DNA from: Candidatus Poriferisodalis sp.
GTDB taxonomy: Bacteria; Actinomycetota; Acidimicrobiia; Acidimicrobiales; Poriferisodalaceae
Length of the DNA stretch: 64,000 nucleotides
Reading direction: 5' to 3'
Assembly (NCBI RefSeq): GCF_965205175.1
Contig: NZ_OZ242038.1
Location: 2,462,627 to 2,526,626, forward strand
Part shown: one piece after another, positions 1-10,283 of the stretch
How positions within the stretch are numbered: the first letter of the stretch is position 1
Layout: each line of letters starts with the position of its first letter
Translations under genes and position numbers: made by a program
Notes under the pieces: generated by a model
What the model was told of the DNA's origin: nothing
The model's input: the letters and a program-made list of their open reading frames with translations, nothing else
The model's database searches: none

Positions 1-1050
1 GTCGGCTGTCTCGGCGGCGAAGCCCACGAGCACCTGACCGGGGGGCTTTCTGGCGCCGAGCCCTGCCAGGATGTCGGCGGTGGGTTCCAGCTCGATGACC
101 GCCGGCGCGCCGGCGTTTTTCTTGATCTTCTGCGGGGCGACGCTGACGGGCCGGAAGTCTGCGACCGCTGCTGCCATAACGATGACCTCGGCGTCCGCGT
201 GGGCATGTACCGCAGCTTCCATCTCCGCGGCGGAGGAGACTTGGACCGTGCGCACCCCGCCCGGCGGCGGCAGCGCGGCGCTAGTGACCAGCGTCACCTG
301 CGCGCCGCGGTCGCGCGCCGCGGCGGCGATGGCGTACCCCTGCTTGCCCGAGGACCGATTGCCGATGAAACGAACCGGGTCGATGGGCTCGCGCGTGCCT
401 CCGGCGGCGATCGTCACGTTGATGCCCGCGAAGTCGCTTCGCGTCGCCGCGCGGGGCATCGTCGGTTGCGGCGCCACCGGTTCCGGCGTCGTCCATTCTG
501 CGCGGGCGGCCAGCACGGCAGCGACCGCATCGAAGATGGCGCCGGGTTCAGCAACGCGGCCTGCGCCGACGTCGCCGCCGGCGAGCCGACCGGCTTCGGG
601 CACCACGATGTGTACGCCCCGACCGGCGAGCACCTCGACGTTGCGCTGCACTGCGGGGTGCTCCCACATCTCGGTGTGCATCGCCGGGCAAATGATTACC
701 GGGGCGCGCGTGGCCAGCAGCGTCGCGGTGAGCAGGCCGTCGGAGATGCCCGCCGCATAGCTGCCGATGACCCGCGCCGTCGCAGGCGCCACGACGACCA
801 CGTCCGCGGTCTGGCCGAGCGTAGTGTGCGGGATCGGATCGTGGTCGTCGAAGATCGACGTGCGTGTCCGCTCGCTGGCCAGTGCGTCGAAGGTGGCGCG
901 GCCCACAAAACGCTGCGCAGCGTTGGTCATCACCGGGATGACATGCGCACCGGCGTCCACCAACAGCCTGCACAGCAAGACGGCCTTGTACGCGGCGATG
1001 CCGCCGCTGACGCCGAGCACCACGCGTCGCCCGGCAACGGGCGAGATCAC
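1..1050 (-). CDS. coaBC: Bifunctional phosphopantothenoylcysteine decarboxylase / phosphopantothenate-cysteine ligase; the C-terminus runs off the window start
   Basis: My own minus-strand translation gives VLGVSGGIAAYKAVLLCRLLVDAGAHVIPVMT...ICPAMHTEMWEHP (flavoprotein half), then IAAGGTREPIDPVRFIGNRSSGKQG (ligase half). Candidate GTG start at 1050. It is absent from the ORF track because it has no stop codon inside the window. Confidence 0.85.
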   Translation of the reverse strand, partial: MISPVAGRRVVLGVSGGIAAYKAVLLCRLLVDAGAHVIPVMTNAAQRFVGRATFDALASERTRTSIFDDHDPIPHTTLGQTADVVVVAPATARVIGSYAAGISDGLLTATLLATRAPVIICPAMHTEMWEHPAVQRNVEVLAGRGVHIVVPEAGRLAGGDVGAGRVAEPGAIFDAVAAVLAARAEWTTPEPVAPQPTMPRAATRSDFAGINVTIAAGGTREPIDPVRFIGNRSSGKQGYAIAAAARDRGAQVTLVTSAALPPPGGVRTVQVSSAAEMEAAVHAHADAEVIVMAAAVADFRPVSVAPQKIKKNAGAPAVIELEPTADILAGLGARKPPGQVLVGFAAETAD

Positions 1051-1276
1051 TGCGTTCGCTCCGGCAGCATCTGCATCGGGGCCATCAACGCCCGACTGAT
1101 CGATGCTCGGGCAATCAGCACCGGGGCGATTGGCAGAGTCGCTCACTGCAGCGACAGGGTAGGCGCTGCTTCCCGAGCGCGACACTGCGAACCCGCCAGG
1201 ACATGGCCTTCAGCGACCAGGATGTGATGCGCGGCGCTCAGCAGCCAGCTCTGGTCGGCTGGTACCGAGCGGCGGA

Positions 1277-1615
1277 CTAGTCGCAAAGACCCTCGAGGAC
1301 TTCGAGCTGCACACCGTCGGCTTGCGCGGCTGCCAGCGCTTCGGCCGCTTCCCGCGCCCGTTCTTCCGGGTCGAATCGCTCGAAGGTGATCTTGTCGGCA
1401 TCGATCTCCTCGAAAGCGATCGACAGCGGCTTGCGTGCGACCGACGCCACTTGGGGCGGCACGACGGCACCGATGCCGCCGTCGAGCTGGTTGTAGTACG
1501 AGTTGATCTGCCGCGAGCGCATGGCGGCGAGACTCACCAGCGTGAACCTCGAATCGACCTTGGAGAGCAGGTCTTCGAGCCCTGGGGTGATCATGGTGTC
1601 GGTTGACTCAGCCAT
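1277..1615 (-). CDS. rpoZ: DNA-directed RNA polymerase subunit omega
   Basis: 112-aa ORF. ITPGLEDLLSKVDSRFTLVSLAAMRSRQINSYY is a typical RpoZ core. Conserved gmk-rpoZ-coaBC synteny. Confidence 0.9.
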   Translation of the reverse strand: MAESTDTMITPGLEDLLSKVDSRFTLVSLAAMRSRQINSYYNQLDGGIGAVVPPQVASVARKPLSIAFEEIDADKITFERFDPEERAREAAEALAAAQADGVQLEVLEGLCD

Positions 1616-1628
1616 AGCAGCTCGGAGG

Positions 1629-2237
1629 CTACCGGCGAGACTGCTCTCGGCGTGATCTGACGCGACCCACGAACGCCGCTATCTCGTCCACCGTGCCCGC
1701 GATGTCCCGATTCACCACGATGAGGTCAGCCATCCGATAGCCGACGGCCAGCTCTTGGTCCGCTTTGGCGAGCCGTCGAACCACCTCGCTCTCTGGGTCG
1801 CCGCGACGGCGCATGCGCCGTTCCTGCTCGGCGCGACTCGGGGGCAACACCATGATCACCTGCGCGCCAGGATCGCGTTCGCGCACCGACACAGCGCCTT
1901 GCACGTCGATCTCGAGCACGAGGTCTCGGTCGATGTCCGCAGGCGGCATCGGCGTGCCGTAGCGGTACTCGAAGAAATCGGCCCACTCCAAGAAACCGTT
2001 GGCGGCTATCGCGGCATCGAATTGCTCGTCGGTCACGAAGGTGTAGGCCTCAGCCGACTCTCCGACCCGACGCGGGCGGGTCGTCCAGGATCGGCTCAGC
2101 ACGAGCGCCGGATCCTGTGCCACCAGCGCAGCCACGATCGTGCCCTTGCCGGCGCCGCCGGGACCGCACACCACATACACGTCGACACTGCACGGCGCGG
2201 CACAGCTCGCAGCGCAGCGGAGCGCCGGGTCGGTCAT
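1629..2237 (-). CDS. gmk: Guanylate kinase
   Basis: P-loop CGPGGAGKGT followed by SRSWTTRPRRVGE...Y.FV; 202-aa ORF. The true start may be internal. Confidence 0.9.
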   Translation of the reverse strand: MTDPALRCAASCAAPCSVDVYVVCGPGGAGKGTIVAALVAQDPALVLSRSWTTRPRRVGESAEAYTFVTDEQFDAAIAANGFLEWADFFEYRYGTPMPPADIDRDLVLEIDVQGAVSVRERDPGAQVIMVLPPSRAEQERRMRRRGDPESEVVRRLAKADQELAVGYRMADLIVVNRDIAGTVDEIAAFVGRVRSRREQSRR

Positions 2238-2247
2238 GTGGCCCAGA

Positions 2248-2592
2248 TCACGCGCCTGTGTCGGAATCCTGTGCGAAATGGTCGCGCAGTCGGCGGCGCT
2301 GCGTGTCGCCGAGACCTCGCAGCCGTCTGCTGTCGGCGATGCCGACCTCCGCCATCAGGCGGCGGGCCCGAACCTTGCCGAGACCGGGCATCGACTCCAA
2401 GGCCGTGAGCGTCTTGATCCTTCCGACATGGTCGACCGTGTCGGCCTCGGCCAGCAGTTCGTCGAAGGTGAGCAGGCCCAGCTTCAACCGATGCTTGACG
2501 GCTGCGCGGACCTCTCGGGCTTCCTTGGCCTTCGCCAAGGCCTCGGTGCGCTGCTCGTCGCTCAGCTCCGGCAGCGGAGACGGCGGACTCAT
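2248..2592 (-). CDS. mihF: Actinobacterial integration host factor
   Basis: Only the last 114 aa of the 228-aa track ORF look real (MSPPSPLPELSDEQRTEALAKAKEAR...VGRIKTLTALESMPGLGKVRARRLM). The ATG at 2590-2592 overlaps the pyrF stop (ATGA). Confidence 0.85.
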   Translation of the reverse strand: MSPPSPLPELSDEQRTEALAKAKEAREVRAAVKHRLKLGLLTFDELLAEADTVDHVGRIKTLTALESMPGLGKVRARRLMAEVGIADSRRLRGLGDTQRRRLRDHFAQDSDTGA

Positions 2593-3410
2593 TGCGGGCA
2601 GTGTAGTTCGGCAACTCTTGGGCGCTGAGCGCTGCCCGCTGCCTGGCCTGCCGTGCCGGGCGCCGGGTCCGCCGGCTCGAGCACACGCGCTTGCGCGGTC
2701 ACCTCGGCGACCACGGCTGCGGCTGTGGCGTCGGGATCGGCTGCGGCCGTGACCGTGCGACCGATGACGAGCAGGTCGGCGCCGGCTGCCAACGCCGATG
2801 CCGGCGTCGCGACACGTCGCTGATCGCCGAGTGCTGCCCCGGCGGTCCGGATGCCGGGCACTACCCGCAGGAGCTCGGGTGCCGCGGCGCCAATCGCAGC
2901 CAGGTCGCCGGCGGCGCACACCAGTCCGCCGCACCCCGAGTCGCGGGCCAGCGCCGCTCGCCCCGCCAACACCTCGGGCGGCGCGGTCGCGTCCGACGTG
3001 AGCACCGTGACACCGAGCGCGACGGGCTCGGGCCCGCTCGACGCAGCGTCCGAGCGCCCCTGCGCAGCGCCCTCACGGAAGCCACGCACGCCGGCGGCCA
3101 GCATGTCGGGGCCGCCTTGGGTGTGCAAGGTGAGCAGCCAGGCGCCCAGTGCGCCGGCACTGCGAGCTGCTCGCTCCACCGTGTTGGGTATGTCGTGGAG
3201 CTTGAGGTCCAGAAAAACGCGGCAGCCCGACGCCGCGATGTCGCGGACGATGCGGGGACCGGCGGCGACGAAGAGCTCGAGACCGACCTTCATGACGCCG
3301 AACGACGGTCCGAAGCGCTCCGCCAGCGCCATCGCGGCAGGCGCATCCGACACGTCGAGCGCGAGCGCCAGGCGATCACGCACCGCGAGGCGTTCAGCCA
3401 AGGCCGTCAC
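2589..3410 (-). CDS. pyrF: Orotidine-5'-phosphate decarboxylase
   Basis: LALALDVSD...MKVGLELF...FLDLKLHDIPNTV...LVIGRTV motifs. GTG start at 3408-3410 overlaps the pyrD stop (GTGA). The Arg-rich N-terminal part of the 415-aa track ORF is rejected. Confidence 0.85.
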   Translation of the reverse strand: MTALAERLAVRDRLALALDVSDAPAAMALAERFGPSFGVMKVGLELFVAAGPRIVRDIAASGCRVFLDLKLHDIPNTVERAARSAGALGAWLLTLHTQGGPDMLAAGVRGFREGAAQGRSDAASSGPEPVALGVTVLTSDATAPPEVLAGRAALARDSGCGGLVCAAGDLAAIGAAAPELLRVVPGIRTAGAALGDQRRVATPASALAAGADLLVIGRTVTAAADPDATAAAVVAEVTAQARVLEPADPAPGTAGQAAGSAQRPRVAELHCPQ

Positions 3411-4357
3411 TGATGCGCGCGGCCGGTCAAGTCGGCGGCGGCGCGCACGCCATGTCGGGCACACCAGCTCCGCAGCTGTTCGAGCACGCTGCCCGGCGCC
3501 CGAGGATCCCAGAACGACGCCGTTCCCACCTGCACTGCGCACGCGCCGGCTGCCATGAGCTCGGCGGCGTGCTCGCCGCGTGCAACGCCTCCCACGCCCA
3601 CGATCGGCACGTCGCCGAGCGCCGCCCGAACGTCGTAGACGGCTCGCACGGCCACCGGACGCAGCGCGGGACCCGACAAGCCGCCGCCGCCATTGCCGAG
3701 CGTGGGCTGCGCAGTCACCGGGTCGATCGCCATGCCGAGCACGGTGTTGATCAGCGTGAGCGCTTCGGCCCCTGCCCCCAGTGCTGCCTCGGCGATCTCG
3801 ACGAGATCGGTGACGTTCGGGCTCAGCTTCGCCCATACCGGCACCCCGGCAGCGGCCGACGCGCTGACCGCCTCGGCACAGGCGCCCGGATGGCAGGCGA
3901 ACATCTGACCGCGGCCTTCCAGGTTCGGGCAGCTGAGGTTTGCCTCCAGCGCCGTCAGGCCGGCGCCGGCAAGCGTGGCCGCGGCTGCGGCGTAGTCGTC
4001 GGCGGTTAGGCCCCAGATGCTCGCCACGATGCGGGCGCCGGTGCCGCGCAGACGCGGCAGTTCACGCTCGACCCACGCGTGCGCACCCGGGTTCTGCAGG
4101 CCGACAGCGTTGAGCATCCCGGCGGGCGTGCCCACCACGCGCGGCCCCCGATGGCCGTCCCATGCGAACGGCGACAACGACTTGGTCACGACTGCGCCCA
4201 GCGAACCCAGATCGACGTATGCGCTGACCTCCGTCCCGTATCCGGCGGTGCCGGACGCTGTCATCACCGGGTTGGGCAGCTCCACGCTGCCGATCCGCAC
4301 CGACATGGCGACGTCGGCCTCTCGGGCAGCTCGGGCGCGGCCCTCAGGCACCGACAT
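3407..4357 (-). CDS. pyrD: Dihydroorotate dehydrogenase (class 1-like catalytic subunit)
   Basis: LPNPVMTASGTAGYG...AVVTKS...NAVGLQNPG...NLSCPN...KLSPNV...GGGLSGPALRP...VGGV. The start may instead be the internal MSVRIG (4306). Confidence 0.9.
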   Translation of the reverse strand: MSVPEGRARAAREADVAMSVRIGSVELPNPVMTASGTAGYGTEVSAYVDLGSLGAVVTKSLSPFAWDGHRGPRVVGTPAGMLNAVGLQNPGAHAWVERELPRLRGTGARIVASIWGLTADDYAAAAATLAGAGLTALEANLSCPNLEGRGQMFACHPGACAEAVSASAAAGVPVWAKLSPNVTDLVEIAEAALGAGAEALTLINTVLGMAIDPVTAQPTLGNGGGGLSGPALRPVAVRAVYDVRAALGDVPIVGVGGVARGEHAAELMAAGACAVQVGTASFWDPRAPGSVLEQLRSWCARHGVRAAADLTGRAHQ

Positions 4358-4369
4358 CAGGCACCGGCA

Positions 4370-7300
4370 TCAGGCACGGTCGCGTCGCATGGAGGCGTCG
4401 AGCTCAGCGTGGATCTCCTGCAGCGGCCGCACCCGGAGGTCGCTCGCAAGCCACTCGCTCAGGCCGGTCGCGGCAGCGCGTGCAGCTGCCACCGTCGTCA
4501 GGCACGGCAGGTGATGGGCACGGGCCGCCGCCCGGATATGGCGGCCGTCGAGCTGAGCGCCTCGCCCGCGTGGCGTGTTGACCACCAGCGCCACCCGGCC
4601 GGCCGAGATGAGCTGCACAGCGTCTTCGCCCCGCGACGACGCGTGGCCGTCCGCCGACAGCTTGGCCACCTCCACGTTCACCGCTACGCCGCGCGCTCGC
4701 AGGTAGGCAGCTGTGCCGGCGGTCGCGGCGATCTCGAAGCCGAGCTGCTGCAGCTGGCGTGCCGCCTCCAGCCCGTCCGGCTTGTCGCGGTCGGCGAGCG
4801 TGAGCAGCGCCATGCCACCCGACGGCAGTGCCTCGCCCGCAGCTATCTGGCTCTTGGCGAACGCCAGTCCGAAGCTGACGTCGATGCCCATGACCTCGCC
4901 CGTCGAACGCATCTCAGGCCCGAGCACCGTGTCCACCGTCGGAAACCGGCTGAACGGCAGCACTGCCTCCTTGACCGCGACGTAGCGGGGCGCAGGTGAG
5001 GCGCCAGGCAGATGCTGGTCGCGGGCCCACCCGGGCAGCGCTCCGGAAGCCACCAGCGCATCCAGCGTCTCGCCCGTCATCACTCGCGATGCAGCAGATG
5101 CGAGCGACACGCCGGTGGCCTTGGCCACGAACGGCACGGTGCGCGATGCCCGAGGATTGGCCTCGATCACGAAGACCTCGCCGGCCTTCACGGCGAATTG
5201 CACGTTCAGCAGCCCGACCACGCCGAGCGCCTCGGCCAGCTTGCGCGTGTAGGTCACGATGGTCTGCTGGGCAGCAGCGCTCAGGCTCGGCGGCGGGATG
5301 GCGCAGGCGCTGTCGCCCGAATGGACGCCTGCCTGCTCGACGTGTTCCATGATCCCGCCGAGCATCCAGGCACCGGTGCTGTCTCGCAGCGAGTCCACGT
5401 CGACTTCGACGGCGTCCTCGAGGAAGCGGTCCACCAGCACCGGTCGCTGCGCCGACAGTCCCCCTTCGCGTCCGAGCGAGGCGAACTGCGCCAGCTCGGA
5501 CATGGCGGCGGCGAGTTCGTCCTGGTCGTAGACGACCGTCATCGCCCTGCCGCCGAGCACGTAGCTGGGACGCACCAATGCGGGAAAGCCGATCTGCTCG
5601 CAGACGGCGGCAGCCTCGGCGTGGCCGACTGCGGTTCCGCCCGAAGGCTGCGCAATGTCGAGGCCAGCGCAGAGCGCGTTCCAGCGCTCGCGGTCCTCGG
5701 CCAGATCGATGGAGTCAGCCGGCGTGCCGCACACCAACGCGTCGGGCAGCGCTGCTGCCAGCTTCAGCGGCGTCTGGCCACCGAGACCGACGATGACTCC
5801 CACCGGATCCTCCGCGTCGATGACGTTGAGCACGTCCTCGGCAGTGAGCGGCTCGAAGTACAGCCGATCCGAGGTGTCGTAGTCGGTAGAGACCGTCTCG
5901 GGATTGCAGTTCACCATCACGGTCTCGTAGCCGGCATCGCGCAGTGCGAAGCTGGCATGCACGCAGCAGTAGTCGAACTCGATGCCTTGGCCGATGCGGT
6001 TGGGCCCCGAGCCCAGGATGACGATGCGGGGGCGGGTGCCGGGGCGGATCTCGTCCTCGTCCTCGTACGTGGAGTAGTGGTACGGCGTGCGCGCATCGAA
6101 CTCGGCGGCGCAGGTGTCCACCGTCTTGAACGTGGCGCGCACCCCGGCACGCAGACGCGCCGCGCGGACCTCGGCTTCGTCCACCCCCCACAGCCACGCC
6201 AGCTGCGCATCGGCGAAGCCGAGCTGCTTGGCCCGGCGCCACGAGCGGCGGTCCATGGCGTCGGGCCCGCGCACAGACTCCAGCGCGGTGCGTTCCTCGA
6301 CGATGGCGAGCATCTGGTCCACGAACCATGGGTCCACACCGGTGGCCTCGCAGATCGCGGCCGGGTCCACGCCCCGACGCAGCAGCTCGCCCATCTCGAA
6401 GATGCGCTCAGGCGTGGCCACGCGCACTGCCTCGATGAGCGCCGACGTGGAACGCTGGGCGTACTGCGGTTCTCCGGCGTCGGCGTTCAGGCCGAAACGG
6501 CCCTGCTCCAAGCTGCGCAGCGCCTTTTGCAAGCTCTCGGCGAACGTGCGGCCGATGGCCATCACCTCGCCGACGGACTGCATCTGCGGACCGAGAACGG
6601 GTGCAGCGCCAGGCAGCTTCTCGAACGCCCAGCGAGGGATCTTGGTGACCACGTAGTCGATGGTCGGCTCGAAGCTGGCCGGAGTCTCGCCCGTGATGTC
6701 GTTGCGGATCTCGTCCAGCGTGTAGCCCACGGCGAGCCTGGCGGCGATCTTGGCGATCGGGAAGCCTGTTGCCTTCGACGCCAGCGCCGAGCTGCGGCTG
6801 ACCCGCGGATTCATCTCAATGACGATCTGGCTGCCATCCTCGGGGTTCACCGCGAACTGCACGTTCGAGCCGCCCGTCTCCACGCCGATGCGCCGCATGC
6901 AGGCGAACGCCGCGTCACGCATCTGCTGGTACTCGACGTCGGACAGGGTCTGCGTCGGCGCGACCGTGATCGAGTCGCCGGTGTGGACTCCCATGGCATC
7001 GAAGTTCTCGATGGCGCAGACCACCACGCAGTTGTCGGCCCTGTCGCGCATCACTTCGAGCTCGAATTCCTTCCAGCCCTTCACCGACTGCTCGATGAGG
7101 ATCTCGCTGATCGGGCTGGCGTCGAGGCCTGCGGCTGCCGCGGTCTCGAACTCTGCGGCCGTCGCGGCGAAGCCGGTGCCTTGGCCGCCCAGGATGTACG
7201 CGGGCCGGATGATGACCGGCAGCCCCACCTCGCTGAGCGCCTGGCGTGCTTGTTCGGGCGTGTGCGCGATGGCCGAGCGGGCGCACTGCAGTCCGATCTC

Positions 7301-7711
7301 GGACATGGCCTGTCGGAAGCGGTCGCGGTCCTCCGCGGTGTCGATCGCCTGCTCGGATGCCCCGATCATCTCCACGCCGTAGCGGTCGAGCACGCCGCCT
7401 GCCGACAGCTGCGTCGCAAGATTCAGTGCCGTCTGACCGCCGAGCGTGGGCAGCAGCGCGTCGGGTCGTTCGCGGGCGATGATGGCCTCGAGCACGGCGG
7501 CGTCCAGCGGCTCGATGTAGGTGGCGTCGGCGAACTCGGGGTCGGTCATGATGGTGGCCGGGTTGGAGTTGGCCAGAATCACCCGGTAGCCCTCTTGGCG
7601 CAGCACCCTGCAGGCTTGCGTGCCCGAGTAGTCGAACTCGCAGGCCTGCCCGATGACGATGGGTCCCGAGCCGATGATGAGGATCGAGTCGATGTCGTCG
7701 CGGCGCGGCAT
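4370..7711 (-). CDS. carB: Carbamoyl-phosphate synthase large subunit
   Basis: 1113-aa [27 protein letters not shown], a duplicated ATP-grasp architecture and a C-terminal MGS-like domain. Confidence 0.97.
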   Translation of the reverse strand: MPRRDDIDSILIIGSGPIVIGQACEFDYSGTQACRVLRQEGYRVILANSNPATIMTDPEFADATYIEPLDAAVLEAIIARERPDALLPTLGGQTALNLATQLSAGGVLDRYGVEMIGASEQAIDTAEDRDRFRQAMSEIGLQCARSAIAHTPEQARQALSEVGLPVIIRPAYILGGQGTGFAATAAEFETAAAAGLDASPISEILIEQSVKGWKEFELEVMRDRADNCVVVCAIENFDAMGVHTGDSITVAPTQTLSDVEYQQMRDAAFACMRRIGVETGGSNVQFAVNPEDGSQIVIEMNPRVSRSSALASKATGFPIAKIAARLAVGYTLDEIRNDITGETPASFEPTIDYVVTKIPRWAFEKLPGAAPVLGPQMQSVGEVMAIGRTFAESLQKALRSLEQGRFGLNADAGEPQYAQRSTSALIEAVRVATPERIFEMGELLRRGVDPAAICEATGVDPWFVDQMLAIVEERTALESVRGPDAMDRRSWRRAKQLGFADAQLAWLWGVDEAEVRAARLRAGVRATFKTVDTCAAEFDARTPYHYSTYEDEDEIRPGTRPRIVILGSGPNRIGQGIEFDYCCVHASFALRDAGYETVMVNCNPETVSTDYDTSDRLYFEPLTAEDVLNVIDAEDPVGVIVGLGGQTPLKLAAALPDALVCGTPADSIDLAEDRERWNALCAGLDIAQPSGGTAVGHAEAAAVCEQIGFPALVRPSYVLGGRAMTVVYDQDELAAAMSELAQFASLGREGGLSAQRPVLVDRFLEDAVEVDVDSLRDSTGAWMLGGIMEHVEQAGVHSGDSACAIPPPSLSAAAQQTIVTYTRKLAEALGVVGLLNVQFAVKAGEVFVIEANPRASRTVPFVAKATGVSLASAASRVMTGETLDALVASGALPGWARDQHLPGASPAPRYVAVKEAVLPFSRFPTVDTVLGPEMRSTGEVMGIDVSFGLAFAKSQIAAGEALPSGGMALLTLADRDKPDGLEAARQLQQLGFEIAATAGTAAYLRARGVAVNVEVAKLSADGHASSRGEDAVQLISAGRVALVVNTPRGRGAQLDGRHIRAAARAHHLPCLTTVAAARAAATGLSEWLASDLRVRPLQEIHAELDASMRRDRA

Positions 7712-8883
7712 CAGCGGCTCGCCTCGGGGTCGGCGCCGGCGCCGTGCCGGCGTGGTGCGGTGCGCCAGAACGACGACATGAGGTCGGCGAAGCGGTCGAA
7801 CAGGTAGCGCGAGTCATGCGGACCCGGGCTCGCCTCCGGGTGGTACTGCACGGCGAACGCCGGCACGTCGCGGGCCGCGAACCCTTCGAGCGTTCCGTCG
7901 TTGAGGCACACGTGGGTCTCCTCCACGCCGGGCACCGAGCCGGACTCGATGGCAAAGTTGTGGTTCTGGCTGGTGATCTCGATGCGGCCGGTGGCCTGCT
8001 CGCGCACTGGGACGTTTCCGCCGTGATGGCCGAAGGTCAGCTTGTAGGAGCGGCCGCCCAGGGCGAGCCCCAGCACCTGCTGACCGAGGCAGATGCCGAA
8101 GATCGGCACGATGCCCAGCAGGTCGTCGAGCGCTGCGATGACGGCGCCTGCCATCTGCGGGTCGCCGGGTCCGTTGGACAGGAACACGCCGTCGGGTTCG
8201 CGTGCGAGCACGTCGGCGGCAGTGGTGGCAGCCGGCACCACCTCCACGGTGGCGATGCGCCCGAGGCCGACCGTGATGGCTCGCTTGACGCCCAAGTCGT
8301 AGGCCACGACGCGCCATGGGCCGTCGCCGACGGTGTAAGGCACCGCAGTGGTGACTTGGCTGACGAGGTCTACGCCTGCAGTGCCGGGCTCGGCTGCGGC
8401 CGCTGCCGCGAGGCGCTCCAGCGCATCGTCGACATGGACCGGCCCGAAGGCGGCGGGCATCGAGCCGAACTCGCGCACATGTCGGGTCAGCCGCCGCGTG
8501 TCCACCCCGGCGATGCCGGCGATGCCGTGACGGGCCAGATACGCGCCTAAGTCGGCATCGGCGCGCCAGCTGGAACGGCGACGGGCCAAGTCCCGGACGA
8601 CGACGCCCCGGCAGACCGGGCGGCGAGACTCGGCGTCAGCCGCTGCGGTGCCGTAGTTGCCGATGTGCGGGTACGTGAAGGCGATGATCTGGCCCGCATA
8701 CGACGGATCGGTGATGACTTCCTGGTACCCGGTCATGACCGTGTTGAACACGACCTCGCCGGTCGCCATGCACCCTGAGGCGCCCGGCTCTGCGGTGCCC
8801 GTTGATGCTGCAAGCGGTGCGCCGATCATGTCGCCGTCGAAGACGGTGCCGTCCGCCAGCACCAGTGCGCCAGGTGTGGTCAT
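7711..8883 (-). CDS. carA: Carbamoyl-phosphate synthase small (glutaminase) subunit
   Basis: GICLGQQ (catalytic Cys), HHGGNVPV and [15 protein letters not shown] at 8881-8883 ([12 protein letters not shown]) overlaps the pyrC stop (ATGA). Confidence 0.93.
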   Translation of the reverse strand: MTTPGALVLADGTVFDGDMIGAPLAASTGTAEPGASGCMATGEVVFNTVMTGYQEVITDPSYAGQIIAFTYPHIGNYGTAAADAESRRPVCRGVVVRDLARRRSSWRADADLGAYLARHGIAGIAGVDTRRLTRHVREFGSMPAAFGPVHVDDALERLAAAAAAEPGTAGVDLVSQVTTAVPYTVGDGPWRVVAYDLGVKRAITVGLGRIATVEVVPAATTAADVLAREPDGVFLSNGPGDPQMAGAVIAALDDLLGIVPIFGICLGQQVLGLALGGRSYKLTFGHHGGNVPVREQATGRIEITSQNHNFAIESGSVPGVEETHVCLNDGTLEGFAARDVPAFAVQYHPEASPGPHDSRYLFDRFADLMSSFWRTAPRRHGAGADPEASR

Positions 8884-10283
8884 CGAGTCGTTCCTGACGT
8901 GAGCGCAGCGACGGTGCCGACGTGGCCGCACAGCACCCCGTCAGCGACGACGGCGTGTCCGGCAACCACGGTCGCCAGCACCAGTGCGTGCATCTGGCGG
9001 TGGAGATGTGGCGTGTTGCGCGCCATGGAAGCGCTGCCGCGTGCAGCCGGCGTCCACGGCCGGTCGAGATCGATCACCACCAGGTTCGCCGGCTGACCGG
9101 GCTCAATCGCGCCTCCGCCGAGGTGAGCTGCACCCGCCAGTGCCGCGGGCCGCCACGCTAGCGCATCCAGCGCCGTCAACAGAGGGATGTCGGGGTGGTC
9201 CAGCACGATGGCCGCACAGGTCTCCAGCGCTGCGACGCCTGGCGGTGCTTGTTCGAATGGCAGGTCTTTCGCCTGAGGCGGCACGGGCGAGTGACCGCTG
9301 ACCACCGCGTCGATGGTGCGGTCGTTCACGCCGGCGACGAGCGCGTCACGGTCATGCGCGGTGCGGTAGGGCGGATCGGCTCGCAGCAGCGTGTCGTAGC
9401 CCTCTGCGTCGGCATCGACGAACAGCAGGTGCTCGGCGGCGACCGATGCGGAGATGTCAATGCCTTCCGCCTTGGCTGCGCGCACCAGCTCGACCGTGCG
9501 GGCAGCGCTGATGCGATCCAGGTGCAGCCGCCCGTCGGTCATCCGTGCAGCACCGATGGCGGCGGCCGCCGCCAGCTCTTCGGAGGCAGCGGGCTCGCCG
9601 GCGAGACCCATGCGCGCAGAGACGGCGCCTTCGGCCATCGCCGCACCGCCTCCGAGCTGCGAGCAAGCCGGTCGCACCGACACCGTCGCGCCCAGCGGTC
9701 CGGCGTACTGCAAGGCGCGACGGAGCAGGCCGGCGTGCGCCAGCGGACCGACGTCGGTGAACCAGCGGACGCCGGCATCGGCCAGCTCCGCCATGGGCGA
9801 CAGCCGGTGCCCTGCCCGATCGGCGCTGATCGTGGCGGCGGCGAGGACCGAGCAGCGCCCGCCGGTCGCTCGGTGGCGCAGCTGCGCCAGCTCGCCCAGC
9901 CGGTCGAGGGGGGGATCGGTGTCCGGCTGTGCGAGCACCGCCGTGAATCCGCCGAGCGCTGCGGCTGCCGTGGCGGTGGCGACGGTCTCGGCTTCCTCGT
10001 TGCCCGGCTCGCCGAGGCGGCAGAACAGGTCGACCAGACCGGAGCTCACCACGCAGCCCGCCGCGTCGATCACCGTGCCGGCACAGCGCGCAGCAGCTTC
10101 AGCGGTGTCGTCGTCTTGCGCGGCGGCGCTGCCGCGCTCAGTCGCGGACGGCGTCACTGCAGCGATCCGACCGTCGATCACGGCGATGTCGGCTCGGCGT
10201 CGGCCGGAGCGCTCGACGATCTCGCCGCCGGCGATCACCAGCGGAGCGCCTGTGCCCGGCGCGTGCGCCGCCGTCTCAGCCAT
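8880..10283 (-). CDS. pyrC: Dihydroorotase-like protein with a degenerate metal/catalytic site (PyrC'-type, probably non-catalytic)
   Basis: Clear type I DHOase fold and the expected pyrB-pyrC-carA position. My by-eye alignment against the Bacillus subtilis PyrC sequence as I recall it shows most of the signature motifs replaced (see finding). Confidence 0.85.
   Translation of the reverse strand: MAETAAHAPGTGAPLVIAGGEIVERSGRRRADIAVIDGRIAAVTPSATERGSAAAQDDDTAEAAARCAGTVIDAAGCVVSSGLVDLFCRLGEPGNEEAETVATATAAAALGGFTAVLAQPDTDPPLDRLGELAQLRHRATGGRCSVLAAATISADRAGHRLSPMAELADAGVRWFTDVGPLAHAGLLRRALQYAGPLGATVSVRPACSQLGGGAAMAEGAVSARMGLAGEPAASEELAAAAAIGAARMTDGRLHLDRISAARTVELVRAAKAEGIDISASVAAEHLLFVDADAEGYDTLLRADPPYRTAHDRDALVAGVNDRTIDAVVSGHSPVPPQAKDLPFEQAPPGVAALETCAAIVLDHPDIPLLTALDALAWRPAALAGAAHLGGGAIEPGQPANLVVIDLDRPWTPAARGSASMARNTPHLHRQMHALVLATVVAGHAVVADGVLCGHVGTVAALTSGTTR

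Noticed and set aside
5012-7807. 931-aa plus-strand ORF, and many similar long ORFs (for example 199-1227, 9195-10376, 10336-11577, 35372-37573, 62568-63983), lying antisense to housekeeping genes
   Set aside because: They are Arg/Ala/Gly-rich with no recognisable motifs. Each lies exactly opposite a gene with unambiguous conserved motifs (carB, coaBC, pyrC, pyrB, alaS, tgt). This is typical of stop-poor shadow frames in high-GC DNA.
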